Below are positions 27,560 to 33,233 of a stretch of DNA of 33,233 bases, piece by piece (within the stretch, counting starts at the first letter, position 1; the number at the start of each line of letters is the position of its first letter). The translations under genes were made by a program, and so were the position numbers. This DNA comes from Bdellovibrionales bacterium (lineage in GTDB: Bacteria; Bdellovibrionota; Bdellovibrionia; Bdellovibrionales; Bdellovibrionaceae). The stretch lies in contig JANMPT010000004.1 in assembly GCA_031370005.1 (NCBI GenBank), forward strand, positions 1-33,233, read 5' to 3'. Under the pieces are notes generated by a model that was not told the DNA's origin, made no database searches, and saw only the letters and a list, made by a program, of their open reading frames with translations.

Positions 27560-27997
27560 ATGATTTATGTAGATGCCGATGGTTGTCCAGTTAAGGACGA
27601 GATATATAAAGTTGCTGAACGTTTTCAAGTAGAAGTTATTCTTGTCGCTAATAAGTCGATGAATATTCCTCAGAATAGACTTTTTAAAATGCAAGTGGTG
27701 TCTTCAGGGTTTGATGCCGCTGACGATTGGATCGTGGCGCATGCGACAAATCATGATGTGGTAGTTACCGCAGATATTCTTTTAGCTCAGCGCTGTGTAG
27801 AAAATGGTTGCCGAGTTCTTGGCCATAAAGGTCAGGAATTTAGCGAAGACAATATCGGCATGTCAGTTGCCAACCGCGAGCTTATGCAAAACCTAAGGCA
27901 TATGGGTGAGAATCGCGGTGGACCGGCCCCAATGGATAAAAGGGCGCGCTCCCAGTTTTTAGGTACTTTAGATCGGATATTGCAGGCTCTTAGGTAA
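27560..27997 (+). CDS. YaiI/YqxD (UPF0178) family protein
   Basis: [31 protein letters not shown]. Confidence 0.93.
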   Translation: MIYVDADGCPVKDEIYKVAERFQVEVILVANKSMNIPQNRLFKMQVVSSGFDAADDWIVAHATNHDVVVTADILLAQRCVENGCRVLGHKGQEFSEDNIGMSVANRELMQNLRHMGENRGGPAPMDKRARSQFLGTLDRILQALR

Positions 27998-28116
27998 ATT
28001 TCTGCGATCTCATATTTAGATAATCGTGTCGTATATCATTTAGAGATAGTTGTTTAAATAAAATCTTATTTTAATACGCCTTGATGTTAATTAAATGTCA
28101 AATTCCACTTTAGGCC

Positions 28117-28144
28117 TTTAGTCCTGAAAAAAACTCGCCGAAAG
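28117..28144 (+). promoter_or_regulatory. Sigma-28/FliA-like promoter
   Basis: TTTAG-N15-GCCGAAAG, ending 46 nt upstream of ATG 28191. Confidence 0.45.
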
Positions 28145-28190
28145 ATTGGTATCTGTTGGTTGAACAGTTTCTTGAACAAAGGATGAAGGC

Positions 28191-31100
28191 ATGTTTAAAA
28201 AATCAGCATTGTACGTCGGTGGAATGTTTTTATTCGTAAACTTAGTAGTAAACCCCTCAGCAAATGCCGTCACCGTGACCCAGCAGGTCCTTGCTCCGCA
28301 AACGATTGTTAACTCAATTCAAAACTCAAGTAATAAAACTTTCTCCTTTGCCTCTTCTGCAAGCACGGGTGTTCTTCAGGTTCAAGCTGGCAATGGCAGT
28401 AATCTAAGAACAGTCAAATGCAGTGGGAGTTTTTCAGTGCGGCTTTCCTGTATTTTTTCTAATATAGCTAAAACCCTTGAGGTTTTATTCACTCGTCCCA
28501 GAAGTCTGCAAGCCAAAATCAATGGCACAAATGTTATTAACACTTGGGACCCGGCTATTGGAAAATACTCTTACAATATCCCTTTAATACTGGGACAAAA
28601 CCAGATCCAGGTTCTAAGCAAGGGTTTTTACGGAAGTTCGGCAATTATTGAAGTCAATACGGTGGTGGAAGATCAGCCCCCGCAACCTGTATTAACCGCA
28701 AGTCCCCTTCAGGGCTTTGCACCACTCACGATTTCTGCAAGTGGTGCGGGTTCAACAGATCCGGACTCAAGCCAGCTGTCTTATTCTCTGGATTTTGGTG
28801 ATGGCACCAGTGCCATTGGTATTTTAGCTAATCACATTTATACAGTGGCAGGCAATTACACACTGACTCTGACAGTCACTGACAACCTTGGGGTTTCTGC
28901 TGCGACCTCGCAAATCATTACAGTTATCCAAGACCAGGCTCCGCTTGCTAAGCTAAGCTTGGCTTCAAGTGGTACTGGCCTTGGGCCTTTAATGGTGTAC
29001 TTTGATGGGTCAGGCTCAAGTGATCCTGATCTTGGCCAAGCCCTGACTTATCACTGGGATTTTGGGGATGGAGCGCAAGCTGAGGGCGCTGCACTCATAA
29101 CTCATGAGTTTAAAAATATTGGCTCCTACACTGTAAGGCTAACTGTGCAAGACCCCTATGGCTTAAGCTCTAGTGCTGAAGTAAGTGTGAGTGTGATAGC
29201 TCCGGAGTTGCCTCCAGATCCAATAACAGTGGCTCCGGCTTTAGCGCAAAACAATCCCACTCAAACTTTTAATGATCAGGTGAGTTTTTTATACTCTGGC
29301 AATAATCCTGTTCAAACCAATGTGGATCAGTCGCAAATGGACCCGGCTCGAGTTCTGGTGGTTAAAGGAAAGGTTTATGACGAAAACAATCAGCCGCTTA
29401 GTGGCGTGAAAGTTGAAGTCTTAAACGAAGGCCAATTTGGCCAAACCCTGACTCGAGATGATGGCAGCTATGATTTTGCTTTTAATAAGGGCGGAAATTT
29501 AACTCTGCAATTTACCAGAAACGGTTACTTAAAAGCGCAAAGAGATTTTTCACAAAATGCGCAGGATTATTTTTTAATCCCTGATGTTTTACTAAAAAGC
29601 TTAGACCCTAAGGTCACCACTGTGAACTTAAACTCAAGCCTCGCCCAAGTTGCCCAGGGCTCAAACCAAACAGACAGCGATGGCTCCCGCACAGGAGTTA
29701 TTATAATTCCGGCTAATACCACAGCTCAGCTAATTATGCCTGACGGCAGTACCAGGTCTGTGAATAGTTTAAATATCAGAGCAACTGAGTTCACCGTGGG
29801 CGATAACGGCCAAAAGAAAATGCCCGCAACTCTGCCACCAAGATCAGCCTATACTTATGCAGCAGAACTCTCAGCTGATGAGGCTATCGCTTTAGGGGCA
29901 AAAAGCATTCAGTTTAATAAACCCGTTCCTTATTATGTGGATAATTTTTTAAATATCCCAGTAGGAATTGCCGTACCCCTTGGGGTTTACGACTACTCCA
30001 TCGGCGCATGGCGAGGGGAAAAAGATGGAATTGTAATGAAGATCCTTGCCATAGCAAATGGCATAGCCCAAGTGGATCTTGGCAGTGGCCAGGCGGCAAG
30101 CCAAGCTGAGCTAGATTATTTTAATTTTACCACAGAAGAGCTTCAGAAATTAGCCGAGCTCTACCCTACAGGGAAAACTCTGTGGCGTATTGCCATGAAC
30201 CACTTTACGAGTGTGGATTTGAATTTTTTATTGGCTACACTTTCAGGTTTCACAAAAATAAATCCTGAGGAGCCGGATAAGTCTGATAGCTGCCCGAAGC
30301 CGTTCGCTAAGAAAAGTGAACAGATAATGGGATGCATTATCAATGCTCGACGCCAGATTTTAGCAGAAACTTTAGAAATCCCAGGCTCAGCGTTTTCACT
30401 TAATTACTCAACAGACCGGGTAAAGGGCAGAAAAACCTCACAACTTATTAATCTTGGTCTTACAAATGACTCGGTACCAATCGATCTTTTACGAATAGAA
30501 GTCGATCTGAGTATTGCTGGTCGTATATTTAATTATCAATATGGTCCACTTCCAAATCTGAATTTCTCATTTGTGTGGGACGGAAAAGATGCCTATGGAA
30601 GACTAGTAGATGTCTCCACCAATGCCAAATTAAAAGTGAGATTTTATTATAAAACCACCTACAGCATATACAGCATTGATCCTAATGTACCTGCAACATT
30701 TGATATTTTTGGCTTTGGCACAGTGTCGACAATCCCTGGGCGCGGTGAAATATTTCTTGAAAAAACCATTAATCAAAGCATGAAGCTTGGTAATATTATT
30801 CAAAACCATGTTGCTAACGAAGCCGGTCTTTGGACTTTAAGTAATCACCATGTTTATGATCCTGAAACAAAGACCCTTTACTTTGGTAGCGGCGGAGGAA
30901 TGAGTGCGGAGTCTCTTCCTAAAAAAGTAACTACTCTTTTTGGCTCAGGCAAAGGCTTTGCTGGAGATAACCAACTGGGTTCAAATTCAATAACAAAATT
31001 TAATGGACCAAATAATTATAGCCAAGGCCCTGATGGCAGTCACTACATCGCAGACTCTCTGAATAACCGTATCCGAAAAATTGATGTAAATGGTCTTATC

Positions 31101-33233
31101 ACCACAATTGCAGGAACTGGAGTGCTGGGATTTTCAGGTGACGGAGGCCTTGCTACCGCTGCTAACATCAATAACCCAGCAGGCGTTACAGCCGATCGCG
31201 CTGGGAATGTTTATTTTAATGATCGCGGCAATAACCGAGTTAGAAAAATAGATTCTAACGGAATGATCAGCACGATTATTGGTACAGGAGTTGCCGGTTA
31301 TAGTGGCGACGGGGGTTTAGCCGTTAATGCCCAAATCAATGGCCCAAGATCAATCAGGCTCTCAGATGATGGATCAACTTATATTTCAGATTCAGGTAAT
31401 AACGCCATTCGCAGAATCACTCCTGATGGCATTATCCACACCTATGCTGGTAATGGCACTGCCGGCTACAGTGGGGATAATGGCAGTGCGCTCTTAGCGC
31501 AGCTTAAAAACCCCAACTTCACAGCCCAAGACCAGCAGGGAAATTTCTATATCGCTGACACCGGTAATAACGTTATCCGTGTTGTTAGTCCAAGTGGGAT
31601 CATAAAAACAATTGCAGGAACTGGTGTTGCGGGATTTTCTGGGGATAATGGCCCAGCAACAAGTGCTCAACTAAATGGGGTCACGGATCTAACTGTGACT
31701 GGGATTGGGGAATTACTAATTGCAGACGCAGGAAATAACCGCATTCGTTTTGTGGATCAAAGCGGAGTGATTAGTACGATTTTAGGAACTGGAGTTCCGA
31801 CGTTTAATGGTGATCGAAATAGTTTAAACACAAATATAAATAACCCAATAGCAGTCTACTTTGACGCAACTGACAGATCCATTGTGGTCGTGGATAAGGG
31901 AAATAACCGAATCAGAAGGCTTAGCACAGTGGACCCCGGGAGCTTAGCAAGTAATACCTATCAAGTGCCTTCAGCAGATGGATCAGAGATATATTTCTTT
32001 GATGTCTATGGCCGTCATCTGACGACTTATTTTGGAAAAACTGGGGCCATAAAATATCAATTTAATTATGATAATCAGGGCAGGTTTATTTCTGTGCAGG
32101 ATGCAAATCAAAACACCACTAGCCTTGTGAGGGACTCTTCAGGGAATTTATCGCAAATAATTTCCCCTTATGGTCAGATCACTCAAATTGGACTAGATCA
32201 AAATGGATATTTAAACAGACTCACTGATCCCCTTGGGAACTCCTATCAAATCACTTATAGTGCTGATGGCCTGATGACCTCTTTTCAGAAACCTAAAGGG
32301 AATAACTCAGCTTATGAGTTTGATTTTGCGGGACGCTTAACCAAAGATACCAACCCTCAAGGCGGAGTGCAGACTTTTAATACAAATATAGATGGAAGTG
32401 TGGCTTACACCACAGCCACTGGCGAAGTGTCGAAGTTTTTAAATTCAGTTCAATTTAATCATGATCGTACCTCATGGACTCAAACAGATTCTGCAGGGCT
32501 TGCAACGAGTATTGTTCGCTCGAGTAATATAGATTCAACATCTAATGCAGACGGATCTGTATTAAACAGTACTATAGTTTCAGATCAAAGACTTCCAGGT
32601 TTTACCGCATACTCATCGCGATCTACATTCTTTAGCGGTCCTGCTGTTGGCAGCAGCAATGCTTTTGACACAAGATCCTATGTCCTTCGAAGTCTCTTTG
32701 ATTTTGATCAAACTGATGTCATCACCGAAGACACAAGGCAAACCACTATAAGTTACAAGTCAGCGACTCACACGACTGTATCCACTACAAGCCTTGGCAG
32801 AAGTGTGGCTTCACAGATTGATTTGCAAGAAAGACCCATTAGCTCTCAGCTTGGCAATTTTAACCCTGTGCAACTCCAATATGACTCTAAGGGCCGCTTG
32901 GCAAAAACTATTCAAGCTGACCGAGTGACTCAGATGTCCTATGATTCCGCTGGGAATTTAGCACAAGTGATTGATTCTCTTGGTAGGATTTTTAGTTTCG
33001 GTTATGATTTAAATAATCGCATGATCTCTGAAATCCGTCCCGATGGTAGTATTGTTTTGCATGGCTATGATGCTAATTCTAATCCGAGCTCCATCACTCC
33101 GCCGCAAAGAACTGCGCACAATCTTGATTTTGGCTTATTTGATTTATTCTCTGTCTATAAAGCTCCGGCTATTGGCAGTGATGACACTTTTGTTTCAAAC
33201 TTTGTTTATGATAACTCCCGAAAGCTTGCTAGC
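28191..33233 (+). CDS. Secreted teneurin-like protein (PKD x2, TTR/carboxypeptidase-regulatory-like, FN-plug, NHL, YD/RHS repeats); runs off the window end
   Basis: Manual translation finds no stop in 1681 codons. Signal peptide; LDFGDG and WDFGDG PKD motifs; KGKVYDENNQPLSGVKV...TRDDGSYDF; FVWDGKDAYGR; WTLSNHHVYDP; six NHL repeats; many YDxxGR/GN repeats. Confidence 0.93.
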   Translation, partial: MFKKSALYVGGMFLFVNLVVNPSANAVTVTQQVLAPQTIVNSIQNSSNKTFSFASSASTGVLQVQAGNGSNLRTVKCSGSFSVRLSCIFSNIAKTLEVLFTRPRSLQAKINGTNVINTWDPAIGKYSYNIPLILGQNQIQVLSKGFYGSSAIIEVNTVVEDQPPQPVLTASPLQGFAPLTISASGAGSTDPDSSQLSYSLDFGDGTSAIGILANHIYTVAGNYTLTLTVTDNLGVSAATSQIITVIQDQAPLAKLSLASSGTGLGPLMVYFDGSGSSDPDLGQALTYHWDFGDGAQAEGAALITHEFKNIGSYTVRLTVQDPYGLSSSAEVSVSVIAPELPPDPITVAPALAQNNPTQTFNDQVSFLYSGNNPVQTNVDQSQMDPARVLVVKGKVYDENNQPLSGVKVEVLNEGQFGQTLTRDDGSYDFAFNKGGNLTLQFTRNGYLKAQRDFSQNAQDYFLIPDVLLKSLDPKVTTVNLNSSLAQVAQGSNQTDSDGSRTGVIIIPANTTAQLIMPDGSTRSVNSLNIRATEFTVGDNGQKKMPATLPPRSAYTYAAELSADEAIALGAKSIQFNKPVPYYVDNFLNIPVGIAVPLGVYDYSIGAWRGEKDGIVMKILAIANGIAQVDLGSGQAASQAELDYFNFTTEELQKLAELYPTGKTLWRIAMNHFTSVDLNFLLATLSGFTKINPEEPDKSDSCPKPFAKKSEQIMGCIINARRQILAETLEIPGSAFSLNYSTDRVKGRKTSQLINLGLTNDSVPIDLLRIEVDLSIAGRIFNYQYGPLPNLNFSFVWDGKDAYGRLVDVSTNAKLKVRFYYKTTYSIYSIDPNVPATFDIFGFGTVSTIPGRGEIFLEKTINQSMKLGNIIQNHVANEAGLWTLSNHHVYDPETKTLYFGSGGGMSAESLPKKVTTLFGSGKGFAGDNQLGSNSITKFNGPNNYSQGPDGSHYIADSLNNRIRKIDVNGLITTIAGTGVLGFSGDGGLATAANINNPAGVTADRAGNVYFNDRGNNRVRKIDSNGMISTIIGTGVAGYSGDGGLAVNAQINGPRSIRLSDDGSTYISDSGNNAIRRITPDGIIHTYAGNGTAGYSGDNGSALLAQLKNPNFTAQDQQGNFYIADTGNNVIRVVSPSGIIKTIAGTGVAGFSGDNGPATSAQLNGVTDLTVTGIGELLIADAGNNRIRFVDQSGVISTILGTGVPTFNGDRNSLNTNINNPIAVYFDATDRSIVVVDKGNNRIRRLSTVDPGSLASNTYQVPSADGSEIYFFDVYGRHLTTYFGKTGAIKYQFNYDNQGRFISVQDANQNTTSLVRDSSGNLSQIISPYGQITQIGLDQNGYLNRLTDPLGNSYQITYSADGLMTSFQKPKGNNSAYEFDFAGRLTKDTNPQGGVQTFNTNIDGSVAYTTATGEVSKFLNSVQFNHDRTSWTQTDSAGLATSIVRSSNIDSTSNADGSVLNSTIVSDQRLPGFTAYSSRSTFFSGPAVGSSNAFDTRSYVLRSLFDFDQTDVITEDTRQTTISYKSATHTTVSTTSLGRSVASQIDLQERPISSQLGNFNPVQLQYDSKGRLAKTIQADRVTQMSYDSAGNLAQVIDSLGRIFSFGYDLNNRMISEIRPDGSIVLHGYDANSNPSSITPPQRTAHNLDFGLFDLFSVYKAPAIGSDDTFVSNFVYDNSRKLAS
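30927..31930 (+). repeat. Six NHL repeats with 168-nt (56-aa) period
   Basis: Equivalent positions at 31041 (HYIADSLNNRIRKI), 31209, 31377, 31545, 31713 and 31881 (IVVVDKGNNRIRRL). Confidence 0.92.

Noticed and set aside
2143..30343. Many antisense or alternate-frame ORFs in the track (e.g. 2143-2652, 5478-6221, 23562-24008, 25486-25926, 29914-30099, 30161-30343)
   Set aside because: They lie largely or wholly over well-supported genes and show no recognisable motifs; treated as shadow ORFs.
30927..31930. 168-nt periodicity as a possible CRISPR or non-coding array
   Set aside because: The repeats are degenerate at DNA level and fully explained by in-frame NHL repeats.

Overview
Mostly housekeeping chromosome, most likely from a Bdellovibrionota predator. 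This is inferred from gene order, a mevalonate cluster, a membrane PilZ protein and sigma-28-like promoters. The core scaffold is thrS-infC...rpmI-rplT-mevalonate cluster (fni, hmgR, divergent GHMP kinase, mvaD, mvk)-trmH-rsmG-pheS-pheT-ihfA-merR. About 4.5 kb of accessory genes separate infC from rpmI, including an AT-rich RES/Xre-MbcA toxin-antitoxin pair bracketed by related imperfect hairpins. The most notable feature is missing from the ORF track: an open frame from 28191 to the window end (at least 1681 codons) encoding a secreted teneurin-like protein (2x PKD, TTR-like domain, putative ZU5-like HFT insert, FN-plug, six NHL blades, YD repeats). Four sigma-28-like promoters share identical spacing; one precedes the teneurin-like gene and one precedes the TA pair. 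All calls come from manual motif reading; no searches were run.
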